A DNA stretch of 63,803 nt, the filler included, from Reticulomyxa filosa (taxonomy: Eukaryota; Protista; Foraminifera): assembly GCA_000512085.1 (NCBI GenBank). It is 23 parts of 23 records of this genome, joined end to end, with 100 filler letters (N's around TTAATTAATTAA, not from the genome) between each part and the next. Parts side by side here need not be neighbours in the genome. Positions count along the whole stretch, not along the records: positions 1 to 5,802 come from ASPP01004158.1; positions 5,903 to 10,182 come from ASPP01015756.1; positions 10,283 to 14,718 come from ASPP01012798.1; 20 more parts are not named here. One strand, 5' to 3'. The position numbers were made by a program, and so were the translations under genes. The notes below the pieces were generated by a model. That model was given only the letters and a program-made list of their open reading frames with translations. It had not been told where the DNA came from and did no database searches. Of this stretch, positions 1 to 11,362 are shown piece after piece. Each line of letters begins with the position of its first letter. Positions within the stretch are counted from its first letter, which is position 1.

Positions 1-48
<48 letters not shown>

Positions 49-86
49 ACATATATATATGTATACATATATACATATATATATAG
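1..86. repeat. (AT)n microsatellite, intronic, ending in an AG acceptor
   Basis: Direct repeat; ATATAG at 81-86 precedes the ABCA Walker A exon. Confidence 0.85.
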
Positions 87-1192
87 TGTAAACGGTGCAG
101 GTAAGACGACAACACTGAGAATGCTGACAGGAGATACACATCCTAGTGCTGGCAACGCGTTCATTTATGGAGTGTCGATAAAAAATCAAATTGAGGCGAG
201 ACGCAGAATTGGGTACTGTCCGCAATTTGATACCGTCTTTGATTTGCTGACGGCGTACGAACACTTGAAATTTTATGGAACGGTCAAAGGACTGAGGGGA
301 AAGGAGCTGGAAGACCAAATCCGAGTGTTGCTCAAAGCCTTGTCACTGAGCAAGTATAAAAACCGAAGGGCCGGCACGTACAGCGGAGGAAACAAACGCA
401 AGTTGTCCGTCGCTATTGCTATGATCGGAAATCCTCCTGTTGTCTTTTTAGGTATGCAATTTATCTCGTTTTTTTTTTTTTTTTTTCTCCCGATCTTGCA
501 CATTTTTAATTTGGGTTTTTTTTTTTTTTTTTTCGAAAATAGATGAACCGAGCACTGGTTAATTGCGCTTCAACGATCACAAAAAATTTCTTTTTTTTAA
601 TAAAAGATATATTTAAAAAAAAAAAATGGTGGACACAATAGGAATGGATCCAGTATCTCGTCGACACATGTGGTCGTTCATAAACACAACAATGGAAGGA
701 CGGTGTGTGATATTGACGACTCATTCAATGGAAGAGTGTGAAGCACTTTGTCATCGCTTGGGTATTATGACCAATGGTCAACTCCGTTGTTTAGGTAAAA
801 TTTTTTTTTAGCTTACAAAAATATATATGTACATATACATATATGTATCCAAAAAAAAAAAAAATGAAGGCACTCTGCAACATTTGAAATCAAGATTTGG
901 AAAGGGCTACCAATTGGATGTAACCTTTGAAGCTCGAACATCCGCAGAGGAAAGAGAGCAACTCAAGACGAAAACGGAGGAAGAACTCAAACAACACTTT
1001 TCTGTACAACTGATTGAGGCAAACCAAAACAAAGCTACGTTTGAACTCGGGTTTGAGTTCCAAAAAGATGGAGCCATGACACTGGCACAGATGTTTCGCA
1101 TAATGGAAAATCTCAAGCAAAAACTTCTATTGTCAGCTATGCTTTGAACCAAACGACTTTAGAACAAATTTTTGTGCGAATGGCTCAGTTTG
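87..1192 (+). CDS. ABCA-subfamily ABC transporter, C-terminal NBD (5' partial, spliced)
   Basis: Exons 87-451, 543-557, 642-794 and 870-~1192, all with GT-AG borders. Motifs: Walker A (G)[60 protein letters not shown]. The C-terminal [17 protein letters not shown] needs a frameshift near 1128. Confidence 0.93.
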
Positions 1193-3124
1193 GTTGTTGT
1201 TTTTTTTTTTTTTTTTTTGCACGTACTTAGGCCTTGAACAAATTGTTGTCTGTGTTTTTATTAACAGTCGATATGGTGCCGTATCCGAATTTTAATTTAG
1301 TAAACAGAATAAACAGGTTTTATTTCGTATTCACGGACTCTGTCAGTTCTTGGATACGGGTGAAATATTTCTTTTATTTTTTAAGGTTTACTCCAAAAAT
1401 ATATGCGTTTTTTTTTTGCTTTTTGGTTTTGAAGATTTTCGTTTTCTTTGATCTTTTCAGCCAACATTACTTTGCTTTTCTTAGCAAATAGCTTTTTCTT
1501 TTTTGGCTTCGTTTTTGTGTTTTGTTTTGTTAATTATAATTTGTGAGTCTCGGAAAAAAGCTTATTCTAGCGTTAAGCTTTTTATTTATGAATATCTACT
1601 TTAAATTGCCTTCCATTTATTCTATTCTAAGTGGATCTCCATTTTATCTTAATACTTGGAAACAAAACTTTTTTCGTTTCGTTGGGATTAGTTGTCGTTA
1701 ATAATGAAGACAATTAAAATATCGCAAATTTTAGCTTCGCAATGCATTCCTTCAATTTTAATGATAAACAATCTTTTATTACATTCTTCATTCAAAGCGC
1801 ATGTACAAAACAATAGAAAAAGCAAACATTGTCATTATTTTTCTTTTTATTAGATATGGCCTTTCTAAAATAATCTGACCAAAATTAATATTGATTATAT
1901 TACATAATGCCATGATTATATTGGACAAGATTTTTTTAAATTGCAGAATGCATTTAATACTATAAAAAAGAATTTGGCTATTTATTAAATATATTCTTAA
2001 GATAAACATTTAGATTATACTTGTTATTTTGTATCCTTTTTTGAAAACAAAACAACTAACTTAAAAACAGCAAAAATCAATACTTACTGATAAATTGATT
2101 TCATCTCTTTCAAACAAAACATGACAAAAGTTGCTGAGTTTCGATAACAAAAAGAAAAATTATTACTATACTTTCGTATCATTTTAACATTAATAATTTC
2201 TTTCAAAAAAACTGGCACTTGAGCACTTTATTATCAAACTGGTGGCATTTATTTTTTTTGAAATAAAGAAATCAAAATTGAACTATGTAGAAATAGTCTT
2301 TTTTTTAGATCATAGCAAGTTCAAATGTATTTTTTTGATCCTTCACGTTATTGTAATTCTTTTTAATGCAACGATAATCTTTTGAAACAAAGTCTTTTGA
2401 ATTTATACAAGGCATCGTTGCAATTTTTTCAAAGAGAACATACAAGAGCCAAATGAGAGTGGAAAGAGGTTTCGAAACCCTTTCCACTCTAAGATTTTTT
2501 TGTTTCGTCTAAGTATTCACTACAAATTACTAACCACTAACTACTAATTAGCAAAAGAATGACAACCCTTTTAAAATATCTGGTAACACTTTTCAAGGTG
2601 TCAATCATCAACAATTAAAAACCATTTTTAGAACACAAGCAGTCTCATTTTTTATTTGATTTATTCATAATTTTGTTTCTGTTATTCTATACAGTTATTT
2701 ATTTAAAATAAAAAACAATATCAAAATCAGGAGGAATTGCAAAAAATATAAAAACAAAAACTGTTTGTCAGGAGTAAAAATTGATTTAATGATAATTCAA
2801 AAATTATTTAAAAAATCATGTTGTTCAATTGGATATTTTCCATTATTACTTATCAAATATGTGTGCAAATACACTCTTGATTAATCAACAGCATTCCGCA
2901 CCTGCAAAGTAATTGCAAAATTTGTTTCCCTCCAAAAAAAGACATGTAAAAATATTTTTCAGAGCGATTATTTGGTGTTTGCATGAGACACTCCAAATTC
3001 TAACTTCTGGAATAAAGTCATTATACGTGAGTATAGTGCTGTTTTTACAATTTATTGTGGATAAATATTTAAATCTAAGAATACATTGTTACTTTTGGTG
3101 AAATTATTCTAAAGTGAATAATAA

Positions 3125-3310
3125 ATGGTTGTGTACTTTGCATTTCCGGATGCTCCTTCTATTACAGTAAAGACTTGGATTTTGTTAATTAACAAACAAC
3201 AAAAACTAAACACATTATTTTGCTGTCTTTGTAATCAAATTGCAAATAATGAAATGAAATTGCATTGTGATAATTGCATTGGTATTGAAAGTGCGAACAT
3301 CACTGTTTGA
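3125..3310 (+). pseudogene. Degenerate RING/TRAF-like zinc-finger fragment
   Basis: WILLINKQQKLNTLFCCLCNQIANNEMKLHC has a CxxC..C pattern; short and truncated. Confidence 0.3.
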
Positions 3311-3419
3311 TATCGATATCAATGCGACCTACTCTCATTAAATACATTTTCAATACTGTCCATTTTAATACTATTTTTATTTTAAATTTTTTGAAATAAT
3401 TACAAAACGGAAATGCTTA

Positions 3420-4130
3420 TTCAACTTGGATTTTGTCAAAAGACAATTTCCATCAACCGTTTCATATGTTTATGTTTTGAACATTTGCAACAGCTCTGTT
3501 GAATAGTTTATTATTCCAACCTTTGAAATTGAAAAGATTTTTTTTAAGCTGTGTTTAACTTGACTAGTGGCATCAAAGCAATCAAGTCCCAATTTATCCA
3601 ATTTAATTTTTAATAATTTTTCATGATATTCCATTGCTTTTTGAAATATTTAATAAATTAATTCCAATTACATCAATTCCTTTGTATTGTATCTTTTTCA
3701 GCAAAACATAGAGTCAACTTGCGCTTGTCTTGATTTAATTTTTTCAGAGTTAATTGCAGTGAAAATTGTTCAATGTAAAAACGCTGCTTCAATTTAAGGC
3801 AATCCTTGAAAAATTTTCAAATTGATTCTAGTTAAATCCAATTTTTCCAATAATATTTGTCTGCAGTTTTCATTGATTGCTTGAAATGTATAAGACCACT
3901 GTTTCAGCCATCAAGTAAAACCAGAGGTATTTTCAAAAATTGTACAGAAAAATTATAAAAAGTAGTAAAGAGAAGGGTAAATGGTATTAATGTTCTCTAA
4001 ATTGCTTCTCTTTGATAGAAATCCTGCCATTGCAAATTTTTTAACAAAACCGTAACTAATATTTTTTTGAATATGTATATCACAAATTTGTCTGCAGAAT
4101 CCACAAACGATATCCAACTCTTCAAGAAAT
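3420..4130 (-). pseudogene. Decayed TPR-repeat gene
   Basis: The minus strand at ~3565-3645 reads QKAMEYHEKLLKIKLDKLGLDCFDA, a kinesin-light-chain-type TPR. Flanking repeats are broken by stops and frameshifts. Confidence 0.45.
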
Positions 4131-5802
4131 AAGAAACAGCAAAACTTTTACATTTACTTCATTTCTTGCAAAAAATAAACAAGAAAATTTGGTCTTAATT
4201 GACCAATGAAATATCGGTTCATCAAACACAGTTCAAAAAATCAAACTATGAATATAAGTGAAAACTATATACTTTCTTTTTGCCAGTTTTGAGAAACAAA
4301 GTCAGTTTCTTGAGCAAGGATACAAACAACTTGAACAGCAAATCCCTAATAAATTTGATTTTTATGTTTTATTGTCGACTTGGCAACACTAGAAGTTGTT
4401 GTAGACGTGTTTTTTCACTATTGCGAAGACACTTCTTGAATAACAAGCATGTCGTTGGAAATATGTTTATGCCATCCACAAAATTAGTTTGTTTGAAAGC
4501 AATTGATACATTACTTCTTTCACAAATTGATAGGAAGAATTTAGGATTTTTGCACTGCGCCATTTCTTATTTGAGGAGGTAGAAACTTAACATAACCTAT
4601 GTCCATACCTAAATATGAATTGTTTATCATAAGGACATGACACAATTATACAACAGTTTGATGCAAGGTTAACATAAAACGCACAATCAGAAGTTTCTAC
4701 CTTTGTATTGTATTCCCTAATTTCAGAAATATGTAAATGATGGATCATTCTTTTGTCTTCAGTAGACAAAGCCAAATTCTTTGTCTAAAAGTCTGTTTTC
4801 ACTCCTTCAAAAGAGAGCAAAACGTTAATGTTGTAACATTTCAAAGATAGTGTTTGCAATTGTATACTTCCAGAGGAAAGGTAAAATTCCATCAAAAGGC
4901 GTTTTGCATGAAAGGCTAAAATAACAAGTAAACCTTCATCTTCATTTGTGCATTGTCTTGTGCTGAGACTGCGAAGTGAATATTTCAGTGGAAAATACTT
5001 GTACTTTAAAAAAATGGATAATGACCACTTTAACAAAAAAAGTTGTTGGTTTTCGTTGAACTTTTGGGAAACGAGAGGTTCAGTTTGAACTGTAATCATT
5101 TAAGGAGTGAAAAGTGTCCTTCTCGTCGTTACCATTTTTCACTGCTATGGAGTTTCCCAACAGTGCCTTGTCCTTGTATGTTGACATGGGGAAAAACTCT
5201 TCAACGTACTGTGTTAGTAAGTCTCAAAGTGTCCCAAATTATCCTTTTAAAAAAGTCAGGTTAAAAAGTATTTTACAGCTCATTTGACAGTTGAATTGGC
5301 AAAAAGTTATCATCGGTGCATGACTACAGACGAACATTGCACATGCTCACATGCAGAGGTAGTCACGGAAAATTTTTTTAAAAACGGGTTGTTGAGCATT
5401 ACTGGATTCATAAACAATCCCAGAAATAACAAAAGCTTTGTACGTAACCTCTTAACTTATATCATTTCAGAAAACGTCATTGACAGTTGCAGCGTTAAAA
5501 AAGAAAAGAAATATTTTTTATCCACAATTGTAGTTGTATCTTATTTATTGAAGCGGAAAAAACTAACCAAGAATTTTTTATGATAAAAAAACTTAGTTTT
5601 GAATTTTTGTGTACGTTTTTTTTAAATTGTTGAAGCATTACTTGGCACTTTTCTTTTGGATATGTTAAAATTATAAAATTAAAAAGTAGCATTGCGAGGC
5701 AGCGGGAAATGGACGATTTAATATGCCAGAGTCGATCATTTATTTTATACGTATGTTTATTAGATTGTAATGTACAACCAATGCATGTTTGCGTTGTTAT
5801 TT

Positions 5803-5902
5803 NNNNNNNNNNNNNNNNNNNNNNNNNNNNNNNNNNNNNNNNNNNNTTAATTAATTAANNNNNNNNNNNNNNNNNNNNNNNNNNNNNNNNNNNNNNNNNN
5901 NN
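5803..5902. other. Artificial contig linker (N44-TTAATTAATTAA-N44), first of 22
   Basis: Identical 100-nt spacer with a six-frame stop cassette. It starts at 5803, 10183, 14719, 17022, 19440, 23770, 25031, 27658, 30340, 32632, 34404, 39519, 40916, 46004, 47785, 49785, 52086, 55381, 57327, 60259, 61478 and 62657. Confidence 0.98.
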
Positions 5903-5933
<31 letters not shown>

Positions 5934-6653
5934 TGATAATAATAATGATAATAATAATGATAATAATGATGATGACAATGAAAGCAGTGACGATGACGAG
6001 GACAGTGATGAGATTGAAGATGAAAACGATGAAAATAAGGACGACAGGAAAAACGACGAAGAGCAAACACATTCGAAAAAAAAGACGATCAAGACAATAA
6101 GATTGTTCAAGAGTACCAATTGTGGAAATACGAACTTAAAAGTTTGACACATTGCTCGGATCCTCGCTCTGGAAATGACAATGTGAATGTGGATGCCAAT
6201 GTCTGCGATAATGACAATGTGTTGAAATATTATACCGTGGAAAACTTTGTTGCGACAAAACTTGTCAATCTAAACGAATCCAAAATGATGCATCAGGTTG
6301 TGATCACCGATGACAATCGTCGTGCTTTTATATCTCTTGTCATCGTCACTGTCAAGTACTTTGTACAAGCTAATTTTTTCCCAGTGCCCACCAACGCTGT
6401 GAAAAGTGCTCGTATGATACCTGTTGTCAAACTTATGTTTGAAGACAACACTGACTCTCTTAGCCAAAATACAAATTGGATTGGCAAAAGTGGGGAATTC
6501 ATTGTACTATCTTACGAAAATCTTCACGACGTTTTGAAGACTCTCAAGTTTTATCATTCAAAACTACCGCTCCCATATCAGCGTCCCAATAAAATGCATC
6601 AAAAGAATATGAAACTGTCGTTTTTGAAAAAATTAACAAGAATAGGAATTTGA
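5903..6653 (+). CDS. Hypothetical protein, 3' part (Asn/Asp-rich then globular)
   Basis: (AAT/GAT)n low-complexity start, then a 177-aa ORF with coding-like composition. Joining them needs a frameshift near the 6077 A-run. Confidence 0.4.
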
Positions 6654-7233
6654 GTCGTTATTCTTGTTTTTCTATTGTGAAGTAATTGAGCTTTATTTTT
6701 TATTTATTCTAATTTTTGGTTTAATGATCCCTATTCCCTTAAAGTAACACTGTATTTTCTACAATTGGTTTTTGCTTTTTTTTTTTTTTTTGCAACATTG
6801 TTGAAGAGACAAGCCGAAAGTAAATTTAGTAGAAGCTTAAAAAATGCAGCCTTGCATTTTATGTTCCGTTTTTTTTCAACTTATCTCAGTAAAGTGAAGA
6901 AACAATTTTGTTCCGTATATGGCTTTAACAACCTCCCAAAGAATATCAACAACAAACAAAGTTATTTTGATATTTTTTCGGGATTGCCCTGCAACTCTGT
7001 TCTGTTCAATCAAAAAAAGAGACGTGTGAAACAAGAGGAGGTAGTTTTGCAAAGGTATATGCAAAATAACTCTGACAAGACCTTGAAACAGGTCCCTTAT
7101 GGAAAACATATGTCATTGTTTTGGTAGATACAAACTACCCAAAACAAATAAGGAGAAAAGGACATTGCTTGCCACACGGAAGTTTTTATATATTTTTTAT
7201 ATTTTTTTGGTGATAATGAGTGGCCCACGAATA

Positions 7234-8273
7234 TTACTGAAGAAGACGACGCAAGTCATATTCTTTGGATGAGAACCATCTAGAACCACCAATAGGTCTA
7301 AGATAAATGGGGTTACTGAAATAGTTGAGATTATGCCAAGCCAACATTTGCTGCGTTGAAAATGGGCCATGAATCGGTTGCGTGGCGGCATCGGGTTGTT
7401 TTTGGTCGTTGATCCACATGTACTCCCATTCTTCTTCTTCTTCTTGTTTGGGAATATTAGCATTGGTGGCAGCATTATAGGAGCAGTGGTAGAAGCAGGA
7501 GAAAAAGAAGAAGGAAGAGGAGGTTGTGAAACAGGTTGAAAATATTCTGGTTGTTCAACATACAACATACGTTGTTCAAGTTCTTGTTTCGTCACGTCAT
7601 AGATTTCCAAGTCTCCATTGGCAAACAAGTTGCTCACAACAGCACAAAACTTGTTAAATTTCGCCTTGTCATCCAATTCTTTGGATTGTGTCTCTGTTAC
7701 TTCACCTTGTTGCTGTTGTGATTCATGTGTACTCTTAATATCTATTGCAAACAAGTCATCATTGTCCTCATACGTCTCCGCCTTTTTTTCCGCATGTGAA
7801 GTTTGGTTTTTATCCTCGGCTTGGCGACGATGATTGTCATCCTCCTCCTCCTCCTCTTCACTTTCCACTTCCCATGAGCGTTTGGCGAGACGCGATGAGT
7901 GATGAGGCTTCGCATTAGTTTTGGGCCGCGTGCGTTCAGGCTCCAAGGGATGTCTGTTCGATTTGGACCCAGACGAAGAAGAAGAAGAAGAAAAAGAAGA
8001 AGAAGAGGGTGTAGGCTGTTCACTTTCTCCTTCATATCAGTAAAGGTGCGTTTCTTGGATTTTTTGGCTTTGTCCAGCTTATGCCAAGGCTTGACTTTGG
8101 CAGTGGACTTGGCAGCAGCAGTCGCACGTGTAGCGCGATTGCTCAAGCGAATGATGCACTGTTGTACCGTTTCATCTGCACGTTCCATCAAAGGCACGAG
8201 CGTTTTCCAACTCTCCACAAAGTCACTTTCCTCCATTTCTTCATTGCCATTGTCATTCACAGCTGCTGAAGCA

Positions 8274-8335
<62 letters not shown>

Positions 8336-9246
8336 GTTTGCTTCCTCATCGCGTGCACGGGCTGATCTGGCATCGTCATTCAATTGCTGACGACTAATGA
8401 TTTCATTTTCGCATGCGTACTTGGCCAAATGTTTGTCGATCAGCTCTTGGTTCGTGATGGTGTTCAGGTCTTCACCGCCTTGGTAGTCCTTCGCCAATGT
8501 GCTGTCGTTTTCCATATCCTCCAAGTATGCCATGTATGCGTCGTCCTTGTAGCTTATGTCGCGTCGAGAATTTTTATGGTAGTTCATAAACTTGTCAAAA
8601 AAACCTTCTTTTCTCTCTTCGTTCAAATTGTACGGCTCGATTCGAACACTGTCTTTTTTTGGTTCAACCCATCTTTTGTTGCTGCCTGTTTTCGGTGTTG
8701 TCGCGTTTTCGCTTCGTCAGCATTCTCATCTTGTCGCTGCCGCTGTTTTACTTTAGTTGCTTCATTTAATGCTTCTTCTTCTTCTTCTTCTTCTTCTTCT
8801 TCATTGTCATCATAATCTTCTTCTTCTTCTTCTTCTTCTTTTTCTTCGCCTTCTGGATTGTGCGATTCTTCGTAGCGCTTTGTGTTGTATAAAATGTTGA
8901 AGTTCTTTTTGTAGTGTTTTTTTAGCTTCTCTTGTTCGTGCTCAATCTCGTCGTCACTGTCGTCCAATTCCGCGTTTAGTCGTTGCAACGTTGGGTCCTC
9001 CAATAGTGCATCTATCATCGCTTGTTTTGCTGGGTCTTCCACAGACACTTTTCGTCGGTCCTTGTTATATTCTTCGTCTTCTTCATCCTCTTCATCGTCA
9101 TTGTCCTCGCCTCCCCGTTTTGCTTTCACTACCTTTTCCTGTATTTTCCTCGATGACGCAAGATCTTTTGTGTTTTCATTCTCTTCTGGCTCGATGCCAG
9201 TGTCATCTTCCATATATTCGTCGTCATATTCCTCATAGGCTTCCAT
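7234..9246 (-). CDS. CD2BP2/U5-52K (Lin1)-like spliceosomal GYF-domain protein, apparent frameshifts
   Basis: Four overlapping ORFs give the collinear CD2BP2 blocks: IEPYNLNEERKEGFFDKFMNY, ETVQQCIIRL, VSNLFANGDLEIYDVTKQEL, and the C-terminal GYF domain WEYMW..IHGPFSTQQMLAWHNLNYF. Frameshifts near 8655, 8030 and 7480. Confidence 0.8.
8276..8336. repeat. (AAT)n microsatellite encoding poly-Asn
   Basis: About 20 TTA/TAT units inside the minus-strand CDS. Confidence 0.85.
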
Positions 9247-9289
9247 CTTTATTTTATATTTGAACGAAGGCCTTGTCGAATTCTCGCAA

Positions 9290-9430
9290 AATTTTCAAAA
9301 GTCATGTGAAAGAGGTCGTTTTTATCCATCCCAAAAAAGTTATTACAAAAGTAATTTCATATTTAAAAAACAAATTGTAAAAAATTTGGTTTAAACATTT
9401 TTCAATGAGAAAAAAATCATATTCAAAATT
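9290..9430 (-). repeat. Dispersed AT-rich repeat, copy D (diverged)
   Basis: AAAAAAGTTATTACAAAAGTAATTTCATATTTAAAAAACAAA matches copy B and the reverse complement of copies A and C. Confidence 0.6.
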
Positions 9431-9904
9431 ATGCTACTTTGTGCTTTTTTTTAAAAAAAATCCTTTTACGTCTTCTCGTCCAAAGCTTCAAAAGCTAGTG
9501 GCTTGAGAAAAAGTTCAACAGTAATATCGACGAACATCCGAACATAAGAATGTTAGTTACTTTACTAACGGTAGTCAAACAGCCGACTAGTACAAGAAAG
9601 CACGAACTCGACCAAAGAAGAAGTTTCATATTGTCAGCTGAATCAATGACGATACATCAAACATTCGACTACCTTTTTTTTTTGTTAGATTTAATTAGAT
9701 TTTTTTGACTATGAAATTTTTGGAGATAGTAGCCAGTTTAGACAAATCTCACGATACTTTCACTTGGCATTCTGAATAAATTCCTCTATGCGTTCAGTTG
9801 CTTGAGAATTACCAAATTTTTATTGATTTTTTATTTCTATATATTTTTTGTGCATAATGCATTTTTTCCGAGACATATGGCCACAAATAATACGTTATAC
9901 TTTT

Positions 9905-10182
9905 ATACTACAGTAGATTGCAAAAAAAACCGCAATATCTAAATGGCACTATATAAAGAGAATCGATTTTCTACATGAAAAATAAAGATTTAACCTAATT
10001 TTTTTTTTTAAAAATATCTATTAATCTTGTAGTTTTTAAATATGAAATTGGTTTTATGATAAGTTTTTCCTAGGTAGATGAAAAATATGATTTTTTCAAA
10101 TGATTTTTAAAAATTTCGATGGACTTCATATAAATTGAACATGTATTAAAAATAAGAAATTTTTAAATCTTTTTGTTTTCAT
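9905..10182 (+). repeat. Dispersed AT-rich repeat, copy A
   Basis: Core TTGTAGTTTTTAAATATGAAATTGGTTTTAT (10027-10057) is identical to 29003-29033; flanks are collinear. Confidence 0.8.
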
Positions 10183-10289
10183 NNNNNNNNNNNNNNNNNN
10201 NNNNNNNNNNNNNNNNNNNNNNNNNNTTAATTAATTAANNNNNNNNNNNNNNNNNNNNNNNNNNNNNNNNNNNNNNNNNNNNAGAATTT

Positions 10290-10470
10290 TGATTTCATCC
10301 AACAAAAAAAAAAGTTATTAAAAAATTAATTTCATATTTAAAAACTACAAGACTTGTAGATATTTTTAAAAAAAAAAAATTAGGTCTAAATGTTGATTTT
10401 TCATTGATAAAATCAATTATCATCATAAGATATGTTTTAGGCGTTCAGTTTTCTTTGCAACTTACTGTAT
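10290..10470 (-). repeat. Dispersed AT-rich repeat, copy B
   Basis: AATTTCATATTTAAAAACTACAA (10328-10350) is the exact reverse complement of the core; similarity extends about 180 bp. Confidence 0.8.
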
Positions 10471-11362
10471 TTTTTAAATTTTTTATCTTTCATTTTATAG
10501 TTAACTCCATTTTGGAAAACAAACAATACTGAATCAAGGCAAATATTTATCCGATATAAAAAAACTTTTCAAGGCGATCTATATTCACATAAGTAGCACT
10601 GTAGGACTTTATCTGCGCAAAAATGTAAGTCCTGAAAAGAAAAAAACAAATGATTTATTTTTGAAATGAAAAAGAAAACGTAAGTTAAGTTGAAAAGAAA
10701 GATAAATGTTAACATTGAAATATCGTTTCTTTAAACAAAACAGTTTTTACTTTGTGAACGACTTATCAGATGACGCAACAAACAACTACACCAGAGTTAT
10801 ATACGCTCCGATAACATATATAACACTTAATTAGTAAAGTTCAAGAAATACAAAAGTAACACAAAAATTTTTTTTATTAAAAAAAAGGGCTCCCAACAAA
10901 GCAGATCCAATTTTACAAACTGTACTTTTCTCGAGATCAGTTTACAACACATCAATATTTCAAAAATTACTCAAAATAGAAGAAACTAGTATTATCGATT
11001 GTTTTATTATTTTGTGCTAATAATTTGATTGTCTTCTAAGACATATCCGAATAGTGTTGCTATCTGAATATGAGATTTTTAGAAACGATGAAAATTAGGG
11101 CAATGAAAAAAGAAAACCTGAGAAGAATTAGTACTCGGCTTTACTAGTTTTGTCTTATTTTTTGAATGGCAAACAACGGGTAACTTGCGCATAATGTTGA
11201 TCTTTTTTGATGTTAAAAATCAACAATTGTCAATATAAAATCTTGAAACAACAGCGATTTGAATACAAGTTGAAAATTTTTTCAAAAGAAAACTGCACAT
11301 GAGCAAAAAAGCAATAAAAAAAGACAAAGAAAAATTTCAACATTCCCAAAAAAAAGAAAAAA

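Noticed and set aside
5847-5858. TTAATTAATTAA recurring 22 times, resembling a regular repeat or recombination site
   Set aside because: Always centred in N44 flanks; it is a synthetic six-frame-stop linker.
8633-8650. Ultra-short 14-nt GT-AG intron explaining a frameshift
   Set aside because: Removing it deletes the conserved IEP of IEPYNL; an error in the adjacent A-run is simpler.
7899-8815. Plus-strand ORFs with poly-Leu, poly-Arg or poly-Ser
   Set aside because: Antisense shadows of trinucleotide repeats in the minus-strand CD2BP2-like gene.
9905-10470. Large inverted repeat or hairpin apparently spanning 10183-10282
   Set aside because: The arms are on different contigs joined by a linker and are diverged; treated as separate copies of the dispersed repeat.
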